A DNA stretch of 64,000 nt, taken from contig OZ242296.1 of assembly GCA_965207735.1 (NCBI GenBank), positions 2,752,001 to 2,816,000 on the forward strand, given 5' to 3'. A model generated the notes under the pieces. The model did not search any database, had not been told where the DNA came from, and saw only the letters and a program-made list of their open reading frames with translations. Made by a program: the position numbers and the translations under genes. Below, one piece after another: positions 1-9,973 of this stretch. Source of the stretch: Candidatus Versatilivorator sp. Lineage in GTDB: Bacteria > Acidobacteriota > Terriglobia > Versatilivoradales > Versatilivoraceae. Each line of letters starts with the position of its first letter. Within the stretch, counting starts at the first letter, position 1.

Positions 1-2
1 CC

Positions 3-506
3 GACCGGCTGGTCGACCACGACCATCCCCAGGGGGTTGGAAACCCCGGCCGGCGTAACCAACCGCAGTTCGTGCTTCCCCAGCGGCACCTCCGATGCCA
101 CCTGCACCTGCAATGACACCCGTTGTCCCTGAACCCACAGCTTGGGCGCCCGCAGGTCCTTCTTCTCCTGGAACTGCATTCCCTCGATCCGGGCGACCTC
201 GCCGCTCAGTCCCCCGGTCCCGAACCACACTCCATAGCATTTTTCGAGGTCCTTGCCCCGGACTTCCAACTCGAGTACCCTTCCCCGCTGGACACTGACG
301 GGAAACAGGGAGCGCAACTCGGGCGCCCGAGGCTCTGCGGACGCCTCACCGGCCTGCATGCCGCGATCGGGTGCCAAAGCGGAACAGAGCACCCACACCG
401 CCAGAGCCACCGCCCACTTTCCGGCACCCCCAGAGCACTTGGAAGGGGTGGGACTGGCGAAGTATGGACGGAGGGGGAGTTCAAGCACCGGCAGCTCCCG
501 AGTCAT
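3..506 (-). CDS. Partial CDS running off the left edge; probable secreted protein of the PPC/pre-peptidase Ig-like type
   Basis: Hand translation, not in the ORF track: ATG at 506, hydrophobic stretch WAVALAVWVLCSALA, then LFPVSVQRGRVLELEVRGKDL...VQVASEVPLGKHELRLVTPAGVSNPLGMVVVDQPV; open to the edge. Confidence 0.55.
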   Translation of the reverse strand, partial: MTRELPVLELPLRPYFASPTPSKCSGGAGKWAVALAVWVLCSALAPDRGMQAGEASAEPRAPELRSLFPVSVQRGRVLELEVRGKDLEKCYGVWFGTGGLSGEVARIEGMQFQEKKDLRAPKLWVQGQRVSLQVQVASEVPLGKHELRLVTPAGVSNPLGMVVVDQPV

Positions 507-573
507 CGGATTAGGTGGGAAACACAACCTATAATGTACCTTGAGGCTCGGTTGAGGGTCAAGGAGAGTGCCC

Positions 574-1917
574 GTGAACCTGCAAGAGTTCCTGGAGGTA
601 TTGGCCAACTTGGTGTGGGGCCCTCCGATGCTGGCTTTGACCGTGGGCACGGGCCTGTTTCTGACCGTTCGGTTGCGTGGGCTTCAGTTCCGAAGGCTCT
701 GGTCCTCGCTCTACCTGGCCCTGGTGACCCGCAAGGAGAGCGGCGCCAGCGGCGACGTCACCCACTTCCAGGCCCTGATGACCGCCCTGTCGGCCACGGT
801 GGGTACCGGAAACATCGCCGGCGTGGCCACCGCCATCGTCTCTGGAGGTCCCGGGGCGCTGTTCTGGATGTGGGTGACGGGACTGGTGGGCATGGCCACC
901 AAGTTCGCCGAAGCCCTGCTGGGAGTCAAATACCGCATCAGAGGTCCCCGCGGCCAGATGTCGGGCGGGCCCATGCACTACTTGAGCCGGGGATTCAATC
1001 AACCTGCGCTGGCCGGCTTGTACGCCTTTCTGGCAGCCTTCACCCTCACCGTCGGCGGCAACATGACCCAGTCCCACTCCATAGCCGACGCCATGCAGGC
1101 CGGGCTGGGAGTGCCCACCCTCTGGACCGGCGCCATTACGGCCGGCGCCACCGCGGTGGTCATCCTGGGCGGCATCCGCAGCATCGCTCGGGCAGCCACC
1201 GCCCTGGTGCCCACCATGATCGTGATCTACTGCCTGGCCGGCCTGCTGGCGCTGGCGTTTCATTGGCAGGCGATACCCTCGGTGTTGGCGGAGGTCCTCA
1301 AGGGAGCCTTCTCCCCGGCAGCGGCCGTGGGAGGATTTGCCGGGGCCACCGTCCTGAGAACCATCCGCTATGGAGTGGCCCGGGGCGTCAACAGCAACGA
1401 GAGCGGCATGGGCACGGCGGGAATCGTTGCCGCTGCCGCCCAAACCCGCCATCCGGTGACTCAAGCCCTGGTTTCCATGACTCAGACCTTCATCGATACG
1501 CTGGTGGTGTGTTCGGTAACCGGCTTCATCATCCTGGGAACCGGAGCCTGGAAGAGCGGAGCCAGCGGGGCCGCCCTGACAACTGCCGCCTTCCGGGAGG
1601 GACTTCCCTTGTGGCTGCACGGGGACGTGATCGTCGCCCTGACGCTGCCCCTCTTCGCCTTTACCACCATCCTGGGCAACAACTACTATGCGGAAAAGGC
1701 CCTGGAATACCTGTTCGGCCACGGTCGCTTCGTGCCCTACTACCGCTCGATCTGGGTCTGCCTGACCTTTGTGGGCTCCATGCTCTCCCTGGAGACGGTG
1801 TGGACGTTTCTGGACGTGTCCCTCGGCAGCATGGTCCTGCCCAATCTGATCGGCCTGCTGGGCTTGAGCGGCATCGTGGTCGCCGAGACCCGGGGCTATT
1901 TTGCGGTGAGGCGGTAA
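574..1917 (+). CDS. Sodium:alanine/glycine symporter (AGCS family)
   Basis: [47 protein letters not shown] motifs; AAGGAG upstream of GTG 574 (ORF track start 568). Confidence 0.93.
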   Translation: MNLQEFLEVLANLVWGPPMLALTVGTGLFLTVRLRGLQFRRLWSSLYLALVTRKESGASGDVTHFQALMTALSATVGTGNIAGVATAIVSGGPGALFWMWVTGLVGMATKFAEALLGVKYRIRGPRGQMSGGPMHYLSRGFNQPALAGLYAFLAAFTLTVGGNMTQSHSIADAMQAGLGVPTLWTGAITAGATAVVILGGIRSIARAATALVPTMIVIYCLAGLLALAFHWQAIPSVLAEVLKGAFSPAAAVGGFAGATVLRTIRYGVARGVNSNESGMGTAGIVAAAAQTRHPVTQALVSMTQTFIDTLVVCSVTGFIILGTGAWKSGASGAALTTAAFREGLPLWLHGDVIVALTLPLFAFTTILGNNYYAEKALEYLFGHGRFVPYYRSIWVCLTFVGSMLSLETVWTFLDVSLGSMVLPNLIGLLGLSGIVVAETRGYFAVRR

Positions 1918-1929
1918 ACCCTCGTCCCT

Positions 1930-2820
1930 ATGACAACACCCGACAATTGGCAGTTTCAGCAGGTTGCCGGACCCTTCGGGCTGACCGAGGGTCCGGCCTG
2001 GGACGGCGAGGCTCTGCTGTTCAGCAACCTCCCCAACAGCCGCATCCTGCGTTACCACCCTCGGACCCGGAAGACGGAAACCTGGCGCCGCGGCACCCGC
2101 ATGGCCAACGGCCTGATGCTGGACAGGCGCGGCCGGCTCTTTGCCTGCGAAGCCGCCGGCAGATGCATTGCCAGTTACCACCGGGACGGAGCCCGTACGG
2201 TTATCGCCGACTCCTTTCGGGGCAGCAGACTCAACAGCCCCAACGACCTGGCCATCGACCTCAAGGGCCGCATCTGGTTCTCCGACCCCAACTACAGCAG
2301 CCACTGGGCCGAGGCCATCGGTCCGCCGGAGCTGGAACACAAAGCGGTCTACCGGCTGGATCCCCGAGCCGACGGGAGTTGGTCCATACAACGGATGACC
2401 CATGACACCGCCCGTCCCAACGGCCTGCTGGTCACACCCGACCTCCGGACACTCTACGTCGCCGAGAGCGACTTTCAGGGCAACCGCCAGCTGAGAGCCT
2501 ACCCCATTCTGGAGGATGCCACCCTGGGCCCTTGCGAGATCCTGCACGACTTCGCGCCCCACCGCGGCATCGACGGCATGTGTCTGGATGCAGAGGGCAA
2601 CCTGGTGGCCGCGGCCGGCTGGGAGAAGAGCGGCCCCGGCGGCATGATCTACGTCTTCGATCCTCAAGGGCGCATCCTGGAACGCCATCCGACCCCATGC
2701 CAGCGCCCCACCAACTGCAGTTGGGGTGGCCATGATCTGGAGACGCTCTACCTCACCTCCGTGTGCGGCCGGCTGTACCGAATCGAGACCGGGCGGAAAG
2801 GATGGCTGCTGTACCCCTGA
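1930..2820 (+). CDS. SMP-30/gluconolactonase family beta-propeller
   Basis: TEGPAW, NGL, LNSPNDL, IWFSDP, PNGL, DGMCLD, PTNCSWGG motifs. Confidence 0.92.
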   Translation: MTTPDNWQFQQVAGPFGLTEGPAWDGEALLFSNLPNSRILRYHPRTRKTETWRRGTRMANGLMLDRRGRLFACEAAGRCIASYHRDGARTVIADSFRGSRLNSPNDLAIDLKGRIWFSDPNYSSHWAEAIGPPELEHKAVYRLDPRADGSWSIQRMTHDTARPNGLLVTPDLRTLYVAESDFQGNRQLRAYPILEDATLGPCEILHDFAPHRGIDGMCLDAEGNLVAAAGWEKSGPGGMIYVFDPQGRILERHPTPCQRPTNCSWGGHDLETLYLTSVCGRLYRIETGRKGWLLYP

Positions 2821-2834
2821 AGAAGGAGCGCGTT

Positions 2835-3596
2835 TTGAGAGCCAACAAGACCAAGGCCAAGCTCAAGAGAGGAGAATCGGTGTACGGCTGCTTCCTGCGC
2901 TACCCCGACCCCGCCCTGGTGGAGATGCTGGCCCGTTTTGGATGGGATTTCGTGGTGTTGGAAAGCGAGCATGGCCGGCTGGACCCGCGCACCTGCGAAG
3001 AGATGGTGAGGGCGGCCGAGTTGAACGGCATCACCCCCATCGTGCGGGTGACCACCAATTCCCCCTCGATCATTCTGAGATTTCTGGATAGCGGCGCCCA
3101 GGGCATCATCGTTCCCCAGGTCAATTCGGCCGAAGAAGCCGAACGGGCGGTGGCGGCCGTCAAGTTCCAGCCTCGGGGCAATCGCGGGCTGTCGGGGTCG
3201 CGGGCGGCCGACTACGGCCAGGGGTCATCCTTCGGGGATCATGTCCTGCAGTCCAACCGGGAAACCCTGTTGGTCCTCTACGTGGAGACGGCGGAAGCGG
3301 TGCGGCAACTGCCTCGGATTCTGGCCGTGCAGGGCGTTGACGTGGTCAACGTGGGGCGCACCGATCTCTCCCATTCGCTGGGAGTGCCGGGACAGCCCGA
3401 ACATCCCCGAATGCGGCAGTGCCTCCAGGAAATCCTGGCCGGCGTGAACAATTCGCCGGTGGCCCTGGGGATCATGGCGGCCAACCCCGAGGCGGCCCGC
3501 CAGTGGCGGGCTCGAGGGGCACGCTACATCAGCATCAACCTGGAGTCGTTATTGAAACAATCGATACGGGAGTTCCTGAGCGGCGCCCGGGAGTGA
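2835..3596 (+). CDS. HpcH/HpaI aldolase family protein
   Basis: DFVVLESEHG, LDSGAQGIIVPQV, VKFQPRGNRG, VET, GRTDLS; probable TTG start after AAGGAG. Confidence 0.9.
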   Translation: MRANKTKAKLKRGESVYGCFLRYPDPALVEMLARFGWDFVVLESEHGRLDPRTCEEMVRAAELNGITPIVRVTTNSPSIILRFLDSGAQGIIVPQVNSAEEAERAVAAVKFQPRGNRGLSGSRAADYGQGSSFGDHVLQSNRETLLVLYVETAEAVRQLPRILAVQGVDVVNVGRTDLSHSLGVPGQPEHPRMRQCLQEILAGVNNSPVALGIMAANPEAARQWRARGARYISINLESLLKQSIREFLSGARE

Positions 3597-3688
3597 AGGG
3601 CGACGAGCGCATCGTTCCGCGAGGGTTTGCAGAAGCGCCAGCCTGAATCGCACTGCACTTGGTTTCCGTACGATCTCTTACCGCATTG

Positions 3689-4066
3689 TTATGGCATTCG
3701 CTTCCGATACCGAACTCCGTCGATCCCATCGAAGTCTGCGTCCTGTGTCCAAAGTTCTGCTCCGTATTGGCGAGCGGTTGCGAGAATGACACTGTCAGCC
3801 AACGGCAGACCCAGTTCGACACTGAGGCGGGCAGCGTTCAAAGCAATCGTCGCTTCCAGCTCCACGACAGTCCCTTGCTGCATGACGGCTGCCGCCTCAA
3901 GTGCAGTGCTCTCGTCTCGTTGCTGGAGCACCCGTTTGAATACTTCGAAGAGACTTAACGTGGGAACCACAAGCGTCTCGATGTCTTCGATAGGCTCCGC
4001 AAAGAAGGAAGCGTTCGGCCCATCGGCGAAATACTCCAGCCAAGCGCTGGAGTCGACGACGTTCAT
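3689..4066 (-). CDS. vapC: VapC-type PIN domain toxin
   Basis: NVVDSSAWLEY, ADSVILATA, LWTQDADF PIN motifs; ATGA overlap with upstream antitoxin. Confidence 0.9.
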   Translation of the reverse strand: MNVVDSSAWLEYFADGPNASFFAEPIEDIETLVVPTLSLFEVFKRVLQQRDESTALEAAAVMQQGTVVELEATIALNAARLSVELGLPLADSVILATARQYGAELWTQDADFDGIDGVRYRKRMP

Positions 4067-4269
4067 ACCCGATCTCCCTCGCGTTCGACCTTCGTGTCGA
4101 TGCCTTTCAGAAAACCCTTCATCTGCCGGGCCGGACGCACGGGAATGAGCTCAATGCGGCCGCCATAGGCGATCGCCTGGACCTTTTGGCCCGGCAGGAG
4201 ACCGAGCCGATCACGGATCTCCTTCGGAATGACTACCTGATACTTGGGCGAAATGGTTACTGTTTGCAC
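4063..4269 (-). CDS. AbrB/MazE/SpoVT-family antitoxin
   Basis: TVTISPKYQVVIPKEIRDRLGLLPGQKV; GGAGG upstream of GTG 4269. Confidence 0.88.
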   Translation of the reverse strand: MQTVTISPKYQVVIPKEIRDRLGLLPGQKVQAIAYGGRIELIPVRPARQMKGFLKGIDTKVEREGDRV

Positions 4270-4484
4270 GGGACCTCCATCGATAGAGCTATCGTAATAC
4301 CAATAGTGTATCAAACTCTCTCGTGTAGGGTCGACTGAAAGGCCCATGCGTGCAGCGCTGGGGGTCCCCCCGGTCAGTCCGGGGTGCTATTTCGAAGCAG
4401 TTGGACTAGTCTTTCGAGTAAGTCCGTGTTTCTGCTCGACACCAGTGTCGTTTCGGGATTGCGGGGAGCACTCCGAGCATACAC

Positions 4485-6440
4485 ATGATTCGACTTTCCG
4501 CGGCCAGAAAACAGTTCGGCTCCCAGAGCTTGTTCGAAGATCTCGACTGGCTGATCACGTCGACGGATCGCATTGGGCTGGTAGGCGGAAACGGGACAGG
4601 CAAGACAACACTGCTGAAGATCCTGGGGGGGATGGAGCCCCTCGATGGCGGTCTGTTTTCTGCGCCGAAAGATATGACTGCCGGCTACCTTCCTCAGGAT
4701 GGCCTGTCACTGTCCGGGCGCACAGTCATGGAAGAATGCCTCTCTGTTTTCGGCGATCTGCTCGAACTCGAGGAAGAAATGAATGTCCTGACTCACCGGA
4801 TGGCGGAAGTTGATCCGCACAGCGATGAGTACCACCGGATCACGGATCGCTATCACCGAATCGAGACCGAATTTCAGGGCCGCGACGGCTACTCATTGGA
4901 GGCGCAGGCCAGCACCGTGCTGAGCGGCCTGGGCTTTGCGCCCGCAGATTCGAACCGTCCGACGGAAGAACTCGCCGGCGGCTGGCAAATGCGCTTGGCG
5001 CTGGCCAAGCTCTTGCTGATCAAGCCCAAGCTCCTATTGCTGGACGAGCCGACAAATCATCTCGATCTCGAGGCCCGCAACTGGTTGGAACAGTATCTGA
5101 ACGAGTATCCGTACGCCTTCGTCCTGGTCTCCCACGACCGCTACATGCTGGATGCCACGGTGAACAAGATTCTCGAGCTGTGGAATCGTCGCGCTTACTT
5201 TTGCAGCGGGAACTACGAACGCTATCTGGCACAGAAATCCGCGCGCCAAGCGCAACTTCAGGCGTCCTACCGCAACCAGCGGGAAAAGATTGAACGCCTT
5301 GAAATCTTCATCAATCGCTTCCGCTACCAAGCCACCAGGGCGAAGCAGGTGCAGAGCCGAATCAAGGAACTCGAGAAGATCAAACGGATCGAATTACCTT
5401 CCCGGGAAAAGACCATCCGATTCGCGTTTCCTCAGCCACCCAGGAGCGGAGGCATGGTGGCCGAGTTTCGCGGGGTCGCCAAGAGTTATGCAGGCAATCA
5501 GGTATTCCAGGGCATGAGCTTCGTCATCAACCGCGGGGATCGCATAGGTCTGGTGGGGGTGAATGGAGCCGGGAAATCCACGCTGATCAAGATACTGGCT
5601 GGAAGCGAGCCGGCAACGGCAGGTGAATTTCGGCTGGGACACAACGTGGAAGTCGACCATTTCGCACAGGACCAGTATAAGGAGCTCGACCCCGGCGCCC
5701 GTCTGATCGACGATGTCTCGAGCATCGCACCCCTTGCCCTGAGCGGCCAGACGCAACTGCGCACTCTGCTCGGCTGCTTCCTGTTTTCGAGTGACGAGGT
5801 CTTCAAACAGATTCGCGTTCTTTCGGGTGGCGAGCGCAACCGCTATGCGCTCCTCCGCATGTTGCTGCGACCTCGAAATTTTCTGTTGCTCGATGAGCCC
5901 ACCAACCACCTCGACCTGCGAGCCAAGGACGTACTGCTCGAAGCACTGCAGGAGTTCAGCGGAACGGTAGTCTTTGTTTCCCATGATCGTTACTTCATTG
6001 ACAAGCTGGCAACGCGAATCTTCGAGATCGATGGTGGCAAGTTCCAGGATTTTTTCGGCAATTATGAAGACTACTTGCGGCAAAAGAACCCCGTCAGGCT
6101 CCAACGGGATGATCGAGAGGAGCGGCCGCGCGCGGAGAATTCAGGGGGATCCGGCGACCGGAGCGGAACGCCGTTGCGACCGAAGAAGATCAATCCTGTT
6201 CTTGTGCGGAAAATGAAGGAGCGGCACCAGGGGTTGGAGGAAGAAATCACCCGGTGTGAAGTGGAAATTGCCACTCAGGAGTTGAACCTGGGCACTTTCA
6301 AAAGTGCAAAGGAATCCATCCGCCTCGTCAAACTGGCGGAGCACAATCGCAAGCGGTTGGATGAAATGATCAAAGAGTGGGAGGAACTTTCGAGAACTCT
6401 GGAAGAATCGGACAGGAAGTCTTCCCTATTACGGAGTTAA
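4485..6440 (+). CDS. ABC-F family ATPase
   Basis: Two ABC domains (GGNGTGKTT / LLLLDEPTNHLD and GVNGAGKST / LSGGE / DEPTNHLD), no TM segments, C-terminal coiled coil. Confidence 0.93.
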   Translation: MIRLSAARKQFGSQSLFEDLDWLITSTDRIGLVGGNGTGKTTLLKILGGMEPLDGGLFSAPKDMTAGYLPQDGLSLSGRTVMEECLSVFGDLLELEEEMNVLTHRMAEVDPHSDEYHRITDRYHRIETEFQGRDGYSLEAQASTVLSGLGFAPADSNRPTEELAGGWQMRLALAKLLLIKPKLLLLDEPTNHLDLEARNWLEQYLNEYPYAFVLVSHDRYMLDATVNKILELWNRRAYFCSGNYERYLAQKSARQAQLQASYRNQREKIERLEIFINRFRYQATRAKQVQSRIKELEKIKRIELPSREKTIRFAFPQPPRSGGMVAEFRGVAKSYAGNQVFQGMSFVINRGDRIGLVGVNGAGKSTLIKILAGSEPATAGEFRLGHNVEVDHFAQDQYKELDPGARLIDDVSSIAPLALSGQTQLRTLLGCFLFSSDEVFKQIRVLSGGERNRYALLRMLLRPRNFLLLDEPTNHLDLRAKDVLLEALQEFSGTVVFVSHDRYFIDKLATRIFEIDGGKFQDFFGNYEDYLRQKNPVRLQRDDREERPRAENSGGSGDRSGTPLRPKKINPVLVRKMKERHQGLEEEITRCEVEIATQELNLGTFKSAKESIRLVKLAEHNRKRLDEMIKEWEELSRTLEESDRKSSLLRS

Positions 6441-6491
6441 GGGGCGTCCATGTTGTGTTGTTGTACCCCATATTTCTTAAGGCACACCCCC

Positions 6492-7499
6492 TCAGCGCAC
6501 GAACCAGCGGATCGGGTAGTGGCCCTGGCTCCTTTCGAACTTCAGGGTGTAGGGATTGAGCAGCAGGCGGGCCACGTATCCGTCGGTGCGGGCCATCAGC
6601 CATCCGAAGTCCCACCCCCGACTCTCGTACTGCAGCGGCACCCCCGGCTTGACTCGGACCAGCGGGTGGGTCCCGGCGATGAACAGCCGCTGCTCGGTAT
6701 AGTAGTAGCAGGATCCGGTCTTGACGAAGACCTCGTGGTCGATGCTCTCCTCGTCCTTGCCCGCCAGGTCGGCGCAGAGGCCCCGGACGGCCACCTTGAC
6801 CTCCTTTCCGTCCGCCACCTGCCGGCCCAGCTCCTCGGCTGAGCCTGAAGTCACCTTCCCCTCTGCGTTGTGGGACAGCACCTCCTCCCAATCGTCCCTC
6901 ACCAGGTACTTGAAGAGATCGAAATCGTAGACGAAGTTGCTGCTGGGCGCATTGGTCCCCTTGTCCCAACTGTCCATTTGGTGGTACTTGGGCATGCTGC
7001 TGTGGTCAGCCGGCTCGGACGGGCCCGGTTCGGCCGTGACCTCTCCCCCGTCCAGAAAGGGGCGGGCGATGGCCTGGCTGCCGTCCTGGTTGTAGAGGAA
7101 AAAAGACATGGAGGGGCGGGACCCGAAGCCGTCCGGCAAGCTGATGGGCTGGCGCAGGGTCATGATTCCGGCCACCCACCGGTCTTCCATCAGATAGGTG
7201 CCGGCAAACTCCGCCACTTCCTCGATCAACTCGGCGCTGTCCGAACTGGTATCGATGTGTTCGTTGTTCTTGAATTCCGTCCCGATGCGCAAGTCCGCCC
7301 CCCGGCGGATGGCCGCCGCCAGCGCCTCCTCGCTTCCCGAGACCCGCTGTCTTGAGGAATCCATCTGGAGGGCGGACTTCCAGGGATTTTCCTTCTCCCG
7401 CGGCTTTGCGCAGCCGGCCAGGGCCGCCAGGGCCGATCCCGCCAGGCTCCCCAAGCCGGCTCCCAGCAACCGCCTGCGGCCACCTCCCTTGAATGTCAT
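6492..7499 (-). CDS. Hypothetical protein, probable Tat-exported lipoprotein
   Basis: GRRRLL twin-arginine-like motif and LAGC lipobox; GGAGG upstream of ATG 7499 (ORF track start 7529). Confidence 0.65.
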   Translation of the reverse strand: MTFKGGGRRRLLGAGLGSLAGSALAALAGCAKPREKENPWKSALQMDSSRQRVSGSEEALAAAIRRGADLRIGTEFKNNEHIDTSSDSAELIEEVAEFAGTYLMEDRWVAGIMTLRQPISLPDGFGSRPSMSFFLYNQDGSQAIARPFLDGGEVTAEPGPSEPADHSSMPKYHQMDSWDKGTNAPSSNFVYDFDLFKYLVRDDWEEVLSHNAEGKVTSGSAEELGRQVADGKEVKVAVRGLCADLAGKDEESIDHEVFVKTGSCYYYTEQRLFIAGTHPLVRVKPGVPLQYESRGWDFGWLMARTDGYVARLLLNPYTLKFERSQGHYPIRWFVR

Positions 7500-7572
7500 C
7501 GGAAATACCTCCCTTTCTTGCAGGTTCATTAGCCCGCATATCGCACCGGGTCGCTCCCCGTGCGATGACGGC

Positions 7573-9456
7573 TCAAATTATTCCCATCTCCCTCAAGGTC
7601 GCCGCCAGCCCCAGAAGGAAAAAGAAGATGCCTCCCAGCGCCATGGCGATGCGGACAAACCAGCCGGGCCTCAGTTCCCGTGGAAGCAGGACCGTGTTGA
7701 GAACCAGGGTATGGCAGCAACTGATGCCCAGTGCGAAATTGTAGCTGATGGTGGCGAACTTGATCAGCGCCGTGGGCGCGTTCAGCCACAGCATGGCCAG
7801 ACCCAGAACGGAATAGCCCATGATCAGCCCGAAGTAGATCCTGCCGATCCTGGACGGGTCCACCTGGCGCAGCCTGGCGCTGGAAGTCCAGATGGTATCC
7901 AGCCAGCGGCGGACCACGCCGTCGATGTGTCCGACCATGGTGGGGGCCAGCACCAGAAACCCGCAGAAGAGGGTGGAAGCCCAGAAAAGATTTCCCCAGG
8001 CAGCGCCGCCCAGGATCTCGGAGAGACCCGTCATGGATGCCAGCACGCCGTCGGGCGGGTTGGCGGCCTGCCTGCCCACACCCTCGGCCGTCAGCGCCGC
8101 CGCGTTCCAGCGGTCGGCCTCGGTGCCGCGCCGCAGGAACTCCACCGACAACATGCTGGGCAGGGCCAGGCCTATGAAGCAGGCGGGAATCCAGATGGCG
8201 CACTGGTCGCGCACCACGTGCCGGTACCAGCGCCGCCAGCGCGGCAGCGATTGCCGGTTCACCTCGAACACCGACCCCACGTGGGAGAGAGTGATGCCCT
8301 GGCCTCCCACCATGCTGGGAATGGCGCCCACATGGTGTCCCATGCCCCAACCCTGGTCGCGGGTGAAGTTGCTGATGGGCGTATTGCTCAGCCCTCCATT
8401 ACCGGCGATGGCGGCCATGGCGGCAATAAAGGCGATCAGGGTGAAATCGATGGTGGGCAGAGTCCCCTTGCCGAACCAGGAGACAAACACGTTTTCCACG
8501 TTGGGGCCGTCCGGAAATCCATCGCCGTCCAGGTCCTCGTGTTTCACCAGTTGACCCTGAGGCCCCCGCTCCCAGGTGTCGGGCCGGCCGTCGCCGTCGG
8601 AGTCGACGGTAGGCTCCAGCCTGCGTTCGACCACGTCCAGGTGGCCGTCCCCGTCCCAGTCCTCTCCGGGGTCCAGCCTTCCGTTGCCGTTGCGGTCCTC
8701 CCCGCTGAGAACGGGCACGGTTCCGAACTTGAAGAAGCCGCTCCCGATGTCGGCCCAGGTCGAGGGGCTGGAATAGAGCAGCGCCACAATCAGCAGGAAG
8801 CCGAACACCGCGACCAGCTTGAGGGACATCACCGCCTTCAGCGAGTTGTAGACCTTGCCTCCGAAGATCAGGGGAATCACCGAGACGGCGAATATGGCGG
8901 TGGCGGTGAGCTTGTGCATCCACCAGTGCAGCGGCACCGCGTCCGGATCGGGCATCTGGCCGCCAAGCAGCAGGATCATCACCGGGGTGGCCGCGGTGGC
9001 GGCCAGATAGGGAAAGACCGAGCCGAAATCCAGGACCAGGTAGACGGCCAGCCAGAACCGGGGTCCCGGCGCGGTCCGGAATTTGCCGGTGAAGATGGGC
9101 TCGCCGGTGTAGAGGGTGTAGCGGCTGATCTCGATGTTGTAGAGGCCCTGGGCCAGGATGCTGAGGGTGGCCAGCCACAGCAGCGCCCCCCCGTAGCGGG
9201 CCGTCACCAGCGGGCCCAGCAGCCACTCGCCGCCGCCGATGGCTCCGGCCCCCGCCACCAGGCCGGGACCCAGGAAGGCATACCAGTGCTTCCGGACGAA
9301 CCTGGGAGCGTCGATCAGCTCGCCGGGGTTCCAGCGCGGCATTTTCCGGGAGCCGGGATGGGGAGGAACGAAACCGGTTTGGCCCGTGGCGGTCCCGTCG
9401 CCGGGGCTCTCCGGCGTCGGTCGGCCATCCAGCCTCTGGCTGCTGTCATCGGTCAT
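7573..9456 (-). CDS. Nramp/YcsG-like membrane transporter with an acidic DxDGDG insertion
   Basis: LGPGLVAGAGAIGGGEWL, EISRYTLYTGE, many TM segments; loop with repeated D-x-[DN]-G-[DN]-G motifs. Confidence 0.75.
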   Translation of the reverse strand: MTDDSSQRLDGRPTPESPGDGTATGQTGFVPPHPGSRKMPRWNPGELIDAPRFVRKHWYAFLGPGLVAGAGAIGGGEWLLGPLVTARYGGALLWLATLSILAQGLYNIEISRYTLYTGEPIFTGKFRTAPGPRFWLAVYLVLDFGSVFPYLAATAATPVMILLLGGQMPDPDAVPLHWWMHKLTATAIFAVSVIPLIFGGKVYNSLKAVMSLKLVAVFGFLLIVALLYSSPSTWADIGSGFFKFGTVPVLSGEDRNGNGRLDPGEDWDGDGHLDVVERRLEPTVDSDGDGRPDTWERGPQGQLVKHEDLDGDGFPDGPNVENVFVSWFGKGTLPTIDFTLIAFIAAMAAIAGNGGLSNTPISNFTRDQGWGMGHHVGAIPSMVGGQGITLSHVGSVFEVNRQSLPRWRRWYRHVVRDQCAIWIPACFIGLALPSMLSVEFLRRGTEADRWNAAALTAEGVGRQAANPPDGVLASMTGLSEILGGAAWGNLFWASTLFCGFLVLAPTMVGHIDGVVRRWLDTIWTSSARLRQVDPSRIGRIYFGLIMGYSVLGLAMLWLNAPTALIKFATISYNFALGISCCHTLVLNTVLLPRELRPGWFVRIAMALGGIFFFLLGLAATLREMGII

Positions 9457-9734
9457 GGGATCTCCTGGGCCTCGTCATCACCGTTCAGTCCTGCTCAGGG
9501 CACTCCCGGTCGCACACCGTTTCCGAGGTCGCCCGGAAGTCTCCGACTGCAATCTGTCCGGTCCCAAGGATCCACAGACCAGACCGTTCCACCCAAGACA
9601 ACCCCGTTACCCGGCAATTCAGCAGGAGAGGATCCCGGGAGCTTCTCAGAGGCACTATCGGGAATTACGGAGCAATCCGATCCGGTGAAGCACACGGACT
9701 TGTGGTGGAATTATGGGACGGGCGTCGATGACGA

Positions 9735-9917
9735 TCAGCCGGCCTCGCGCTTTGCGATCAGCTCGCGAAATTCCGGAACGAGATCAACCGGCACTTCGAT
9801 CGCCGTGTGAGCGGGGCTTCCGAACGCAGCTTCGTCCTCGCTTTGCGCTTCGTAGTGCTCCAGAACACGTTGGGCCCGGCCCTTATCCCAGCCGGCTGGA
9901 AAGTGTTGCTTGCTCAT
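9735..9917 (-). CDS. Small conserved-looking hypothetical protein (FPxGWD...VLEHYE...EVPxDLVP pattern), possibly antitoxin-like
   Basis: 60-aa ORF with ATG and AGAGGG upstream; family resemblance from memory only. Confidence 0.5.
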   Translation of the reverse strand: MSKQHFPAGWDKGRAQRVLEHYEAQSEDEAAFGSPAHTAIEVPVDLVPEFRELIAKREAG

Positions 9918-9973
9918 CGAGCCCTCTTGCGTCTGCGGCGAAGCGCACGCTTCGCCTTCGGTCCAATCTTACC

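Noticed and set aside
123-2733. Long alternative-frame and antisense ORFs (123..2405 +, 559..2733 -)
   Set aside because: Shadows of the well-supported symporter and lactonase genes in high-GC DNA; no motifs
7198-9810. 870-aa ORF on +
   Set aside because: Antisense shadow of the Nramp-like gene
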